Shown piece after piece: positions 49,115-63,743 of a stretch of 64,000 nucleotides of DNA. The stretch's first letter is position 1; every line of letters begins with the position of its first letter. The position numbers were made by a program, and so were the translations under genes. The notes under the pieces were generated by a model, which was not told where the DNA came from, ran no database searches, and saw only the letters and a program-made list of their open reading frames with translations. Origin of the DNA: an uncultured Acidobacteriota bacterium (GTDB lineage: Bacteria; Acidobacteriota; Blastocatellia; RBC074); assembly GCA_963796275.1 (NCBI GenBank), contig CAWCKY010000003.1, forward strand, positions 864,001 through 928,000, given 5' to 3'.

Positions 49115-50188
49115 ATGACTAATTTATCATTCGCTGGATCGAGGTACCTTTACGTGGATAGATTTCGAAAGACAGTCAGCCAAATTTTGAGCAGCTTTAT
49201 CTCCTTTACGATGTGCATCATTGCAGTCGCGGCACAGACTCCGAAACAAGATTTGGAGCAGAGTATTAAAATTGATACGACATTGGTCAGTGTGCCGGTC
49301 ATTATCAGCGATCGGCAGGGTCGTTACATTGCCGGCTTAAAGAGATCGGACTTCACCCTATATGAAGATCGCGCCAAACGACCGATTGTTTTTTTCGCCG
49401 ACACCGAAGAACCAATCAATGTCGCGCTGCTGATGGATACCAGCAAGAGCACGAAGTGGGTGCTGGACGACATCAAAAATGCTGCCCGGGATTTCGTCAG
49501 GCAATTGCGCGCGCACGATCGAGCAATGATCGTCAGTTTTAACCACGAAAGAATCGCGTTATGCGAGTTGACCGCGGATCGCAAAAAGATGGAACGCGCC
49601 ATCGGTGACGCGCAAATCGGCGAACGTCTCGGAACGAAACTGCGCGACGCCGTCAATGCTGTAATGAAGGAAGAATTCGAAACGGTGAAGGGACGCAAAG
49701 CCATTGTGGTGTTGACTGATGGCAAGGATTACGGCAGTGATGTCGGCGAAGATGCGTTGCTGGAAAGTGCAGCGGAAGCCGATACATTGATCTACTCGGT
49801 TTTTTATCGATCCGTACCGCCCGGGCTAGGTGACGGGCAATCCCCTCGCGGCAGATGGGGGATTCCGGGGGGAAGAGGCGGGCGAAGGCAGCGACGAGCA
49901 GACCGCATGGAGGAGCGTAACGAATACGCAATGGACTTTCTGCAACGATTGTCCGAAGTTTCCGCCGGGCGTTATTTCAGCAGCGAAGTGAGCGATCTGC
50001 CAATGACATTCGGACAAATTGTCAAAGAGTTGCGGCATCAATACCGGCTTGGCTTTTACCCGCCGGATCATCCACCAGGCAGCATTCACACCATCAAAGT
50101 CGAAGTCGGGACCGAAATGGCCCTCACTGACATTGTTGTGCGCTCACGCCGTAGTTATCGTGTATCCGGGGGGCCTCAAGGGGAATAA
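49115..50188 (+). CDS. Acidobacterial-type VWA domain protein
   Basis: IKIDTTLVSVPV, MIDAS DTSKS, RKAIVVLTDG, ELRHQYRLGFYP. Confidence 0.88.
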   Translation: MTNLSFAGSRYLYVDRFRKTVSQILSSFISFTMCIIAVAAQTPKQDLEQSIKIDTTLVSVPVIISDRQGRYIAGLKRSDFTLYEDRAKRPIVFFADTEEPINVALLMDTSKSTKWVLDDIKNAARDFVRQLRAHDRAMIVSFNHERIALCELTADRKKMERAIGDAQIGERLGTKLRDAVNAVMKEEFETVKGRKAIVVLTDGKDYGSDVGEDALLESAAEADTLIYSVFYRSVPPGLGDGQSPRGRWGIPGGRGGRRQRRADRMEERNEYAMDFLQRLSEVSAGRYFSSEVSDLPMTFGQIVKELRHQYRLGFYPPDHPPGSIHTIKVEVGTEMALTDIVVRSRRSYRVSGGPQGE

Positions 50189-50310
50189 CCATGGCGCTCC
50201 CGGTTGTTTGCGTATACAGAGAGAAGTTTTTTATTCAACATTGCGCTCATAGGCCGGAAAAAAACTGCCGTTTGACTACTCTCTTTCAATGGGTTAGCGT
50301 TTGAGGAGTT

Positions 50311-50747
50311 ATGCGTTATAAGCTGTCCGAATTATTTATAAGCGCAGGACCCATTCAACGAGGGATAGCCGTGTTTTTCCTCATTTTCACTTCCTTCGAT
50401 ATCTTGTTTATAGATATGCTCAGACAGCAGGGATGTTCAGAGGATGCAGCCCTGCAGCTCGTGACGGCAACTTTGAATTCGTCTGATGAGATTGCCGGAT
50501 CTCTAGTTTAACTTTCGTACCGGGTGGCGCATACCATCAGCCTGCGGCCCCTGGCGAACATCAACCGGCGGGGGATCCAGCCGGTGACATGGATGAAGAT
50601 TGCTTCTGTTGCTGTTCACATATCATACCCGGATTCGGCATGTATATTGCCACCTTAAATTATTCGGCACAGCCCGATGATCAGGAGAAACTTCGCCTCC
50701 CAGCTTCACATCCGCGCGACACTTATCGCCCCCCTCGGCTCTCCTAG
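50311..50747 (+). CDS. CzcI/DUF2946-like Cys-rich leader protein upstream of the efflux operon; frameshifted at ~50490-50508
   Basis: N-terminal TM in ORF 50311..50511; a second frame gives EDCFCCCSHIIPG...TYRPPRLS* (TAG 50745-50747). Confidence 0.65.
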
Positions 50748-50917
50748 ATTCCACCTTCTTTCAATACTGTTCGAATTGTTCAAAGTAGATCGATCTCTAT
50801 TCGTGTAACTGCATTCGGCGGGCCATGAATCGGTCTTCCGCGTTCAATTTGATCCAGGTTATCGGAATTCCCGCGTTAGTTGGTGTGGCTGCTCGAATCA
50901 CATTTATGGATTGAACT

Positions 50918-52393
50918 ATGTTGAATAATGTTTACGTGTCTCAGTGTATAGCCTACAGGAGAGGGTTGAGCTATCGATATGAATTTAATAGGGCAGATTC
51001 TCTCACTCGATTTCTTTCGATCCTCGCCATCAGTATGGCAGTCTCTATCGCCGGTAATGGACAAGAGCCGGTGGTTCCCAATGATTCTACTTCGGCCAAA
51101 GATTTATCTCCTCCGGCAATCGAAACGCGGATGACTGACAGATCAAGAAAGCCCGAGAGCTGGCTGGCCGAGTATGCCGATCCGGTTCAGGGATCATCAT
51201 CAAGCGATCTGGTCCGGCGCGCGCTATCTTCGAATGCCGAACTTGCCGCCGTAAGGCTTGAAATCGTTCGCGCCCGGGCTCGGTTAATCCAGGCGGGATT
51301 GCGTCCCAACCCTTCATTCGATGTCGAGCAACAGAACGGAGTGTTCAACTCGCCGGGAGAGCGTGCGACGTCTATCGTCATTTCCATCCCGCTTGAGCTC
51401 GCGGGGCAGCGGGGGCGGCGCATCGATCTGGCACGTGCTGAACTGGAGGCCGCCGAAGCCGAGGTCGCAGATCGCGAGCGGCGCCTCGCATCGGAGGTGC
51501 GCTCGCTTTACGCAGAGGCGCTGGCTGCGTTGCGCGAGTTGGAGGTGACTCGCAGCATCAATACGCTCGATGCCGAGACGGCGCGCATCATCCAGGTGCG
51601 CGTGGAAGAAGGCGATTCAGCGCCGCTTGAGCTGAATCTGATGCGTGCGGAAGTCGATCGGCTGCGGGCGCGGCGCGCTCTGGTAGAAGGGCGTTTGCAA
51701 GCGGCTTATCTGCGGTTGAGGCAGTTTGCCGGGATTCCGCCCGAAGAAACATTGAGACTGCGCGGAGACCTGAGCTCTCCCGTCTTAATTGAACCTCCGG
51801 CTTCGTTGGAGGTAGCGCTCCAAATCGCGCTGCGCAACCGGCCTGATTTGCGGTTGGCGCGGCTGACTGAAGAGGTAGCGCAAGCAGGGTATCGACTTGC
51901 TCGTGTGCAGTCTGCGCCACAGGTGACGGCGTTCACCCGTTACACCAACAATCTCTCATCGTTTGACACTACGCCGATCGGCGTTTTGCAAGACCGCGAC
52001 AAGCTACTGAGCTTCGGCGTATCGATCACCCTTCCCATTTTTAATCGCAACCAGGGAGGGAAAGCAGAGGCTCAGCTGGCAGTCACACAAGCGCAGCTGC
52101 GGCGTGAATTCATAGAGTCAGTGGTTCGCGCCGACGTTGCGTCTGCTTATCGTCGCTACGAAGCAGCAGAAGCTTCACTCCGGGCTTACGAGCAGGGCGT
52201 CATCGCACGTTCGACTCAGAATGTCAGCATCGTCCGGGCAGCCTACGAAGCCGGGGCGTTCCGCATCAGTGAGTTATTGGCCGAACAACGACGCCTGATC
52301 GATTCACAGCGAGAGGTGACGGATGCGCTGACCGAACGTTACCGGGCGCGGGCCGATTTGCAGGCCGCTCTGGGGGCAGTCGATCAAAAGTAA
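50918..52393 (+). CDS. czcC: TolC/CzcC-type outer-membrane efflux protein
   Basis: QAGLRPNP, RPDLR, LPIFNRNQG; position upstream of MFP and RND genes. True start is probably downstream of 50918. Confidence 0.88.
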   Translation: MLNNVYVSQCIAYRRGLSYRYEFNRADSLTRFLSILAISMAVSIAGNGQEPVVPNDSTSAKDLSPPAIETRMTDRSRKPESWLAEYADPVQGSSSSDLVRRALSSNAELAAVRLEIVRARARLIQAGLRPNPSFDVEQQNGVFNSPGERATSIVISIPLELAGQRGRRIDLARAELEAAEAEVADRERRLASEVRSLYAEALAALRELEVTRSINTLDAETARIIQVRVEEGDSAPLELNLMRAEVDRLRARRALVEGRLQAAYLRLRQFAGIPPEETLRLRGDLSSPVLIEPPASLEVALQIALRNRPDLRLARLTEEVAQAGYRLARVQSAPQVTAFTRYTNNLSSFDTTPIGVLQDRDKLLSFGVSITLPIFNRNQGGKAEAQLAVTQAQLRREFIESVVRADVASAYRRYEAAEASLRAYEQGVIARSTQNVSIVRAAYEAGAFRISELLAEQRRLIDSQREVTDALTERYRARADLQAALGAVDQK

Positions 52394-52411
52394 TTGTGAG
52401 TGAGGTGAATT

Positions 52412-53845
52412 ATGGCTGACGAAAAAAACGAAGAATCGAAACATAAGTACAAGCCGCCGATCAATCGCCTCTGGTTGTTCTTGATTGTCGCAGCATTGGG
52501 GGGCGCCGGCCTGATCAGCGTGTACCTCTGGGGGTACGACCGGGGCGCCAGATCGACTGAAATTTCGGCCGTCTCGAAAGATGAATATTCGGATGTAATG
52601 GGCGGAAATAACGAGGTCGAGCTGTCGCCCGAGGCGCTGGCGGCAACCGAGATTGAATATGTCGCCGCTACCGAGCGCCCGGCTATCAGGTTGTTGCGTG
52701 TAACCGGGACGGTCGAGGCAAATCAGCAGCAGATGCAGGAGGTGACACCGCTCGTGGCGGGGCGCATAGAGCGTGTGAACGTCGCTCTCGGTGACCGCGT
52801 CCGCGTCGGTGCGCCGCTGGCCGTCATCTCCAGCCCCCAGGTCGCTGAGATGCACGGGAAGTTGCGCGAGGCAGAGACGCGCTTGCAGTCCGCCGAGCGC
52901 AATCTGGTGCGAGTGCAGAAATCCGAAAACCGCGTCGCCGTGCTTTCGGCAAAAGCTCGGCTCGACGAGGCTGAGGCAGCGCTCAAGCGCATGCAACGAC
53001 TCATCCAACTCGGTGCCGGAGCAGGCAAGGATTTGATTGCCGCCGAGACCGCCTACAAGACGGCGAAGGCTGAATACGAATTTCAGAGCAATATCTCGCT
53101 CAACAAGGAGCTGGCTGAAGCGCATGCCGAAGTGGATACGGCGCGGGTGGATGTGCAGCACACTCGCGACGGTCTGAGCGCGCTGGGCGCTCCGGTGCCG
53201 GAAGGGTCACGAGACCCGCTGCGGAAGAACATCTCGCTCGTTACCTTGCGATCGCCTGTCTCCGGCACCGTGATCGAACGAACGGTCAACGTGGGGGCGG
53301 GGGTCGAAATCGGAAAACCTCTCTTTACAGTCGCCAATATCTCCACGCTCTGGATAATCGCCAACGTGCCGGAGGCGCAAGTGGGCAATCTGCGCGTGGG
53401 CGCCCTCGCCGAAGCGCACTCGGCGGCGCTCGGTGAAGACGTGGTTGCGGGACGAGTCACCTATATCGATCCGGTGTTGAACACAGATACGCGAGCGGCG
53501 CGGGTGCGCATCGAGATAAAGAACCCGCAGGAACGGCTCAAGGTCGGTATGTTCGTTGAGGTTGGATTTCAGACCGGAACGGGGAGACAAGAAGAACCGA
53601 TAGAGAATGAGCTGGTCATCTCTGAAGAGGCGGTTCAGCGTTTCAACGAGCGCACAGTCGTATTTCTGCCCAAAGAGGGTGAGATGGGTCATTTCGAGGC
53701 GCGCGATGTGGAGCTCGGCGGCTCGGCGGGCGGGTACCTGCGCGTAATCAGCGGACTCAAACCCGGCGAGCGAATCGTAAGCAAGGGCAGCTTTACGCTC
53801 AAGACGCAACTGCTGAAAGGCGCTATGGGGGATCAGGGACATTGA
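52412..53845 (+). CDS. czcB: CzcB/CusB-type membrane fusion protein
   Basis: TM anchor; LRSPVSGTVIER, LKVGMFV, SGLKPGERIV. Confidence 0.9.
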   Translation: MADEKNEESKHKYKPPINRLWLFLIVAALGGAGLISVYLWGYDRGARSTEISAVSKDEYSDVMGGNNEVELSPEALAATEIEYVAATERPAIRLLRVTGTVEANQQQMQEVTPLVAGRIERVNVALGDRVRVGAPLAVISSPQVAEMHGKLREAETRLQSAERNLVRVQKSENRVAVLSAKARLDEAEAALKRMQRLIQLGAGAGKDLIAAETAYKTAKAEYEFQSNISLNKELAEAHAEVDTARVDVQHTRDGLSALGAPVPEGSRDPLRKNISLVTLRSPVSGTVIERTVNVGAGVEIGKPLFTVANISTLWIIANVPEAQVGNLRVGALAEAHSAALGEDVVAGRVTYIDPVLNTDTRAARVRIEIKNPQERLKVGMFVEVGFQTGTGRQEEPIENELVISEEAVQRFNERTVVFLPKEGEMGHFEARDVELGGSAGGYLRVISGLKPGERIVSKGSFTLKTQLLKGAMGDQGH

Positions 53846-53919
53846 AGTTTGTAGTTCCGCTCTCATGCGGAAGGAGCTGTTTATCGAGCGTTCTGCGGGA
53901 CTACAAACAAGGACATTTT

Positions 53920-57034
<3,115 letters not shown>

Positions 57035-57186
57035 GATGAGAGATGATTAAACCGTAGATACTGGATAGAGGCGCGAATGACAACGGCCGATTACTTTAAC
57101 GTTTGTAGCTAATAAGAGACGAATTTTCCAACCTTCACACCTTCTATCACTATAACCGGCATCCGCTCGCAGGCCGGCGCCGCCCG

Positions 57187-57837
57187 TCAATTCGCCCGGA
57201 CTGTCTGGCCGGGGCGCGACTGGAGCCACTTCCGAACGGTCAAAATAGTGCCGACAATAGCCACGATGATCATTACGTAAACGAAGTACTCGACATATTC
57301 AGACCTCAGGTAGCGGAGCAGCCGGCGGCCGAGGTAAAGCGCAAGCAATGATTCGACGGTGAAACGTATGAGCCTCCCTGCGAATACCGTTATCAGCAAC
57401 TTTCGGCGCCCCAGTTGTAAGGCGGATGCCGCCGCGATCGCGGCCGTGAAGGGAAATGGCGGGGGCAGGAGCGTGGCGAGGAATACTGTCCATGCGCCCC
57501 GCGACTCTATGTTCCTTTGCAGTTTATCCAACTTCTTCGGGCCGACAAATTTCTCCAACCCCTCCCTTCCAGCCTTACGCATGACCATATCGACAAGGGT
57601 GACGCCCACAACCGAGCCGAGAGCGGCGGCAAGCGTGTATATCACCCATAGCCATGAATTATGCGCACGGCTGACCAGCGCGATCAGCAAAAGGTCGCTG
57701 CTGAATGGGAGGAAGAGAAATGACGAATCGCAAACTCCCAGGAGAAATAAGCCAATAGCACCCATCCTGCGAAAATAAGCGAAGCCTGAGCGTATTAAGG
57801 ATGATGAAATTATCAGTAATACAGTCCGGAATATCAC
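57187..57837 (-). CDS. DedA/VTT (YqaA-like) membrane protein
   Basis: DSSFLFLP, GSVVG, LLPPPFPF, GRLIRF. Confidence 0.85.
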   Translation of the reverse strand: MIFRTVLLIISSSLIRSGFAYFRRMGAIGLFLLGVCDSSFLFLPFSSDLLLIALVSRAHNSWLWVIYTLAAALGSVVGVTLVDMVMRKAGREGLEKFVGPKKLDKLQRNIESRGAWTVFLATLLPPPFPFTAAIAAASALQLGRRKLLITVFAGRLIRFTVESLLALYLGRRLLRYLRSEYVEYFVYVMIIVAIVGTILTVRKWLQSRPGQTVRAN

Positions 57838-58092
57838 CGCTCGGACCTCCGACAGAAACGCTAAGACTATGACAGATCATGTCTCTAGAAATCCAGCTTG
57901 TGCAAAACAACGATCAAGCGAAAGCGCATCCTTCGTCCCGGATGCGCCGCTACCAAAATCTGTCGCCGGGCAAGTGAGTGGCTCGTCAAGGTCAAGGTCG
58001 GCCGGTTGCAAGTCAGCGGCTGTACACTAGACGTATATCAGGAGGGCAAATTATCGCGAATACACAGGAAAGCAATGTGATGCGGAAGGCGG

Positions 58093-58115
58093 CGGAGAGT
58101 GAGGGATTCGAACCC
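58093..58115 (-). repeat. 23-bp direct repeat of the tRNA-Ser 3' end (att site)
   Basis: CGGAGAGTGAGGGATTCGAACCC is identical to 62483-62505. Confidence 0.9.
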
Positions 58116-58663
58116 AATCGCAAAAAGCTAATCCCTACTAGCAATCGATATTTCTTAAAAGGGTTATGGGTTCGAAGCCTTCTGGTTCGAAGCCTTCTGA
58201 ATGCTGCAGGCATGCGATTATTTTGCTGCGAGATAACACGTTTTTCCTATGGATGGGAGAATCGTAGTGTTCCTTCCAATTAGGAGAAAGTGCAGAGAAA
58301 GACGCCATCGCTCTTTTAGTTCCCATTTTAGATGTTATTATATAAACCTTAACAAAAAATTAAATCTTTAATCTCTGCATGTCTCAGGATTTGTTGATCT
58401 CTGGCGGCAAGTACAGGACGACTAGTCTGCAAAGTATTTATTGTAGCAGTCGACAAGCGTAGAAAACTGCAGCCTTCACACCATCTGCATTTACTGCGGC
58501 ATTCACTGGATTATCGAGCGAGTCACCCTTACAGACAAGATTTGTGTAGGACTGTCCGGTGGACCAAAAACAAGGTCAGGTACTGGAGAGCGCAATGTAT
58601 AAACCCAAATCTCGTTGTCACGTTCCGCAGGAATCAATAATTTAAGCCTGCCGCACTAGCTAG

Positions 58664-59881
58664 GAAAAAGCCGCTCGCGCAGAAGCACAAGCCGCAAATC
58701 GCGCGAAAGACGAATTTATCTCACTCATCTCGCATGAATTACGATCGCCTCTCAATTCGATTATTGGTTATAGCCGCATATTACGATCGAACCTTCATGA
58801 CGAGAAGCAGATAACGGAGGCTTGCACCGTCATCCAGCGTAATGCCTGGAGGCAAATAAAACTGATCGAGGATCTCCTCGATATTTCTCGCATCGTCAGC
58901 GGCAAGCTGCGGCTAGAACTGCAACCTACTGACATCGTGGCTGTGCTTGACGAAGCGCTTGCTATAGTGCGCCCGGAGGCAGAGGCTCGAGGGATCAAAT
59001 TATATGCACACTACAACTCGAACCCGGAGATGATCTTTGGCGACACTATCAGGTTGCAGCAGGTGATCGGGAATTTACTCTCGAATGCGATTAAGTTTAC
59101 TCCTGGTGGCGGACATATCGAGTTGAAGCTGGAACGGAGAGACGATTATCTTAAGATCGTTGTCAGCGATACGGGCAAGGGTATCAACCCCGAATTTCTT
59201 CCCCTCATATTTGACCGATTCCGCCAGGCTGATTCGTCGAGTTCGCGCAGGGAAGGCGGTCTCGGTCTCGGACTTGCGCTGGTCAAACATCTGGTCGAAC
59301 TGCATGGCGGAACGGTCGAGGCTGTGAGTGAAGGGATAGACATGGGCTCGACCTTCGCCATCAAACTCCCACAATTAGCGAATAATAGAATCCTGCAGGG
59401 GGAACCGCCCGCGCTATTGATGGATGATGCAAAACCCTTGCCCGCCGATGTAAAGATTGAGGGCGTACGCGTGCTGGCTGTGGACGATCAACAGGAGGCG
59501 CGCGAGGCGCTCATTTATTGTCTGAGCAGTTATGGGGCAGTCGTGACGGCAGTCTCTTCTGGCATCGAAGCCATGGCTATTCTTGCCAACCCACAGGATG
59601 AAAAGCGTCCCGAGGTGTTCATTTGTGACATTGCTATGCCTGATGAAGATGGTTACGCTGTAATAATACGGGTGAGGGCGCTCGAAGAAGAGCGAAGAGT
59701 CAAGCTGTCGCAGCGCATCCCCGCGATTGCTCTCTCGGCGATGGCTGGGAGAGAAACCTGGGTGCGCGCACTCAACTCAGGTTTCAATACACATATCCCC
59801 AAGCCTGCCGAGCCAGAAGAATTAGTGAAGGTGATTTACAGCTTTATGACCGAGCGGAGTGGTGAGCCAAGGGTTAAATAA
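58664..59881 (+). pseudogene. 5'-truncated hybrid kinase HisKA-HATPase-REC
   Basis: In-frame TAG at 58661-58663, then EKAARAEAQAANRAKDEFISLISHELRSPL with no start codon before the H-box. The called ORF 58937..59881 lacks the His. Confidence 0.75.
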
Positions 59882-59885
59882 CAGT

Positions 59886-60281
59886 TTATATACTGGGTGA
59901 GACATAGCTATTCCCATTAATGACCTCATTGACCGCATTCACCAGATCATCGTCAGCTGTGAGTTTTAGAACGAATCCTTTTGCTCCGGCTAAAAAACAT
60001 TTTTCCACAATAATCCGTTCTTTATGAGCGCTCAGCAATATGATCCGAGCTTCGATATCCTCATTAAGTATTCTCTTCGTGACCTCAAATCCACTCATTT
60101 CAGGCATGTTGATATCCACGATGATCACATCCGGTTGCAAATTTTTGACAGCCTTTAGCAACTCCGGCCCATTCTGAACCGCAGCTACTATCTCGAATTC
60201 CGGTTCCAATATCTCTTTAAGTATCTCGCGCATCTCCTCATGATCATCAGCTAATGCAATTTTTTTCCTATTTGAAGTCAT
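59886..60281 (-). CDS. Stand-alone NarL-type receiver-domain response regulator
   Basis: IALADDH, VDINMP, GFVLK; ends at YVSPSI with no HTH. Confidence 0.85.
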   Translation of the reverse strand: MTSNRKKIALADDHEEMREILKEILEPEFEIVAAVQNGPELLKAVKNLQPDVIIVDINMPEMSGFEVTKRILNEDIEARIILLSAHKERIIVEKCFLAGAKGFVLKLTADDDLVNAVNEVINGNSYVSPSI

Positions 60282-60675
60282 CGTCCGAATAATGAGCGAT
60301 ACGAAGAGAATCAACACCTAACAGTCCACTAAAGCCATCCTCGACGAGCAAATGATGGTTCGGTGGAGTCACCTATATGTGACTCTGGCAGATCTTATCG
60401 TAAACCGATGGAAATGACACCTGCAGAGGCATTGCGATTACCTCAGACACCATACTCGGTGAAATGGGAAATAAATTCTGGGAATGCGCAGCAACTTTCA
60501 ATAGTCGATCAGCAACTTTGGACCGCTTCCCACTTTGCTGTTGATCAACTCTCAGATTCAGCTATTAAGCAATATTTTTTGACATTGAACACTACCCACC
60601 TTAAATTCACAAACTGTTTTTCGGTGCCAATCACCGCCTCTGGATACACCTGGAGGCGCCATAAAGGAGAACTCT

Positions 60676-62327
60676 ATGCCTGCTCTCGGACGCGTCACCT
60701 TTCTGCTTGGATTTCTTCTATTCGGCGTTGCGGCCGGCGCGCAGGCCCAATCCCCGCCAAAAGAATCGAAGGCGACCGGTTACGTCTCCGGCCATGTTAC
60801 CGTTGATGGCAAACCGAAGTCGGGGATCGAAATTGAGGCTCAGCCTCTGGGCCCAACCTCGCGCAGCGTTGTGAAGCCCTGGGCCAGCGCCACGACCGAT
60901 GAAGACGGCCGCTTTTTACTGACCGGCTTGGTGCCAGGGCGCTACCGGGTCGTTCACCGGTCACAATTTCATTTCAGCGCCGGCCGCGCCAGGTTCAGGC
61001 AATGGCCGGAGGGCAAGGACCTGATCCTCGCCGAAGGAGAGGCGGTGGAAGCGATTGATTTTGCGCTTGAGACCGGCGGGATTATTACGGGGCGGGTTAC
61101 GGACGCGGAAGGGACGCCGGTTGTCGCCGAGCTCGTGACCTTGACTCAAATCATTGAGACCGAGCGCGGCGGCAGAAGCCGCCATTCCCGCTCTGCGACT
61201 AGAACCGATAAAAGCGGCGTCTACGCATCTACGCTCTCCCCGCGGGCCGATACATCCTGAGCGCCGGAGGCCCCCCTGATATTCTTCGCAGACTAAGGCC
61301 AGCTGATAGAAGACACGCTTACCGGCGCGTTTTCCACCTCGACGTGACTGATGAGGAGCAAGCGAAAGTCATCGAACTCGCCGCCGGAACCGAAGCGGCG
61401 AATGTGGACATCAAACTCGGCCCCCCGATCCGACTCCACGCCATCGCCGGTCGCCTCATTGACGCGGAAACCGGCCTCGTCGTCCCCAACGGTTTGTTCA
61501 ATTTCGGCTCTCTCAGAGATGATTCGAAGTGGCTGGCCCCGCAAACACAATTTCGTTCCGACGACAAGGGCGAGTTTCGTATCGAGGGACTCATGCCGGG
61601 GCGATACGCAGCCTTCGCCACGCCCGATCACCAGAGCGGATTTTACAGCGAGCCGGTCACAATTGTTGTGTCGGAAGAAGACGTCGGTGGCGTCGAACTC
61701 AAACTACTTCGCGGCGCGAGCATCAGCGGCCGCGTGGTCATCGAGGGAATTGGCGATCCGGCGGCACTCCCTGAACTGCCGGGATTTAGCGTGGAGTCTT
61801 CCCCTGCCGTGCCGGGGTTACCTTTGGCTAGCGCGCGATTCGGCGCTGACGGCAGCTTTCTAATCAAAGGACTGCGCGGCGGTAAGGCCTTGTTCCACCT
61901 CAATACGAAAGGATTTTCTCTGCTGCGCGTCGAGCGAGGCGGGGTTGAACATAGTGGGATCGACCTCGCTCCGAATGAGCAGGTAACGGACGTGCGACTG
62001 GTGATCGCTTACGGCACCGAGATCGTGCGCGGACAGATCAAGGTGGAGGGCGGCGCGCTCCCTGATGGCGCGCTAATAGGGGTCACCTCACGCCGAATTA
62101 GCCCTGACGGCATGGGCGCACACCGTCGAGCGTACGCCCACGCCCTGGTCGATTCGCGCGGCCATTTCACGCTTGAAGGGATGACCGTAGGCGACCACGA
62201 ATTAACGATAAGCATCGGCAACGCATCTAAGCCAACTCGGCTGAGCAGACATCTTATAAGTGTGGCGAAGGGGAAGGAAAACAACGTAATTCTCACGCTG
62301 AATTTGGGCGCGAAAGCTGACAGGTAA
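60676..62327 (+). CDS. Secreted carboxypeptidase-regulatory-like (beta-sandwich repeat) protein; one-base frameshift at ~61225
   Basis: Signal peptide; TDEDGRF..GLVPGRY. The alternative frame resumes IYALPAGRYILSAG and joins ORF 61344..62327 (SDDKGEFRIEGLMPGRY). Confidence 0.8.
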
Positions 62328-62482
62328 GGATGACAGGGCGATGTTCACCGGGTTGAGAAACTCACATTGCCGTTAGACTTCTCACTTCCTATCAGGAAAA
62401 TTGTCACGAATTTACTGCTGAAGTGGTGAACATTGCGGCAAATCTAAGCAACAGGATCAGCAGATAGAGGAAATTTGATAAA

Positions 62483-62565
<83 letters not shown>

Positions 62566-62589
62566 ATATAGCGTGCGAAAAGCAAGAGC

Positions 62590-62618
62590 ATACTATCACG
62601 GGGATTTTTGTATCACAA
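62590..62618 (-). promoter_or_regulatory. Putative sigma70 promoter of tRNA-Ser
   Basis: TTGTGA-N17-TAGTAT on the minus strand just upstream of the tRNA. Confidence 0.5.
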
Positions 62619-62708
62619 AACGCATCTAGCTATCCCGGTTTCAATAATGTTGTGTTTCGCTTAAGTATGCGCGATTATTCGTCACCATACGGCAAATAGG
62701 AGGATACA

Positions 62709-63659
62709 ATGTCGAAATGCACACGTAGACAATTCACGCGGTCGTTGGCCGCAGCCTTTGCGGCTCCATCGCTTATCAATCGCCTCGATCCTGTGAAGAG
62801 GTTGCCTCCGCGTCTGCCGATAGGATTCTCCACTCTCGGGTGTCCAAACTGGGAATGGAAGAAGATCCTAGAACAGGCCGCACAAAATGGATATTCGGCG
62901 ATCGAACTGCGTGGGTTGATGAACGAAATGGACCTGCCGAAATCTCCCCAGTTCATCGGAGATAAGCTCAAAGAAAGCTTGAGGGACCTCGATGCTTTGG
63001 GTCTGAAGATTTCTGATCTGGGCGCATCGGCCAGGCTCGGGGAGCCGGACAAGGCCAAGCGTGCGGCTCAAATTGATGAAGCCAGGCGACACATCGATCT
63101 GGCGCATCAATTGAAGTCTCCCTATGTGCGCATATTCGGGGGAAAGCTTCTAAAAAATCAGACCATGAATGATGCTACCGAACTCATCATCGCCGGATTC
63201 AAAGACCTGCACGATCACGCCAACGGTAGCGGGGTCGTCCTGCTCATCGAATCGCACGACGAATTCACTACCTCGGGTTCCTTGTTGAATATTCTGAAAG
63301 GAGCGAATCTGCCGACCGCCGCTTTGCTCTGGGACGCTCACCACACGTTCGTAACGGGCAGGGAACAGCCGGGTGAATCATTCAAGCAATTGAAAGACTA
63401 TGTGCGCCACACTCACCTCAAAGATTCGCGCCCGCCTCTGGCCGGTGAAAAGAACCGTCGCTATGTTCTGACCGGTGCGGGCGAAGTCCCGGTGAGGGAT
63501 ACAGTTAAGGCGCTCGCTGCCGGCGGTTACCGCGGTTATTATTCTTTCGAATGGGAAAAAAGATGGCATCCTGAAATCGAAGACCCCGAGGTGGCTATCC
63601 CGCATTTCGCGAAAGTGATTCGCGAGTATTTGATGGAAGCGGGTATTAAAATTCAGTAG
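62709..63659 (+). CDS. Sugar phosphate isomerase/epimerase (xylose-isomerase-like TIM barrel) with Tat-like leader
   Basis: TRRQF; IGFSTLGCP, IESHD, WDAHH, HLKD, SFEWEKRWHP. Confidence 0.9.
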   Translation: MSKCTRRQFTRSLAAAFAAPSLINRLDPVKRLPPRLPIGFSTLGCPNWEWKKILEQAAQNGYSAIELRGLMNEMDLPKSPQFIGDKLKESLRDLDALGLKISDLGASARLGEPDKAKRAAQIDEARRHIDLAHQLKSPYVRIFGGKLLKNQTMNDATELIIAGFKDLHDHANGSGVVLLIESHDEFTTSGSLLNILKGANLPTAALLWDAHHTFVTGREQPGESFKQLKDYVRHTHLKDSRPPLAGEKNRRYVLTGAGEVPVRDTVKALAAGGYRGYYSFEWEKRWHPEIEDPEVAIPHFAKVIREYLMEAGIKIQ

Positions 63660-63743
63660 GCTGTATTTCGGTAGTCAAGTCGCGAACATTGGTGCGACAG
63701 CGCTAAATGATCTCCCTTTTGTTATTCTGAAGTACTAAGGATT

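Noticed and set aside
58088-58200. Second tRNA gene
   Set aside because: Only the T-arm and acceptor 3' strand are present, with no D or anticodon arm; treated as an att repeat.
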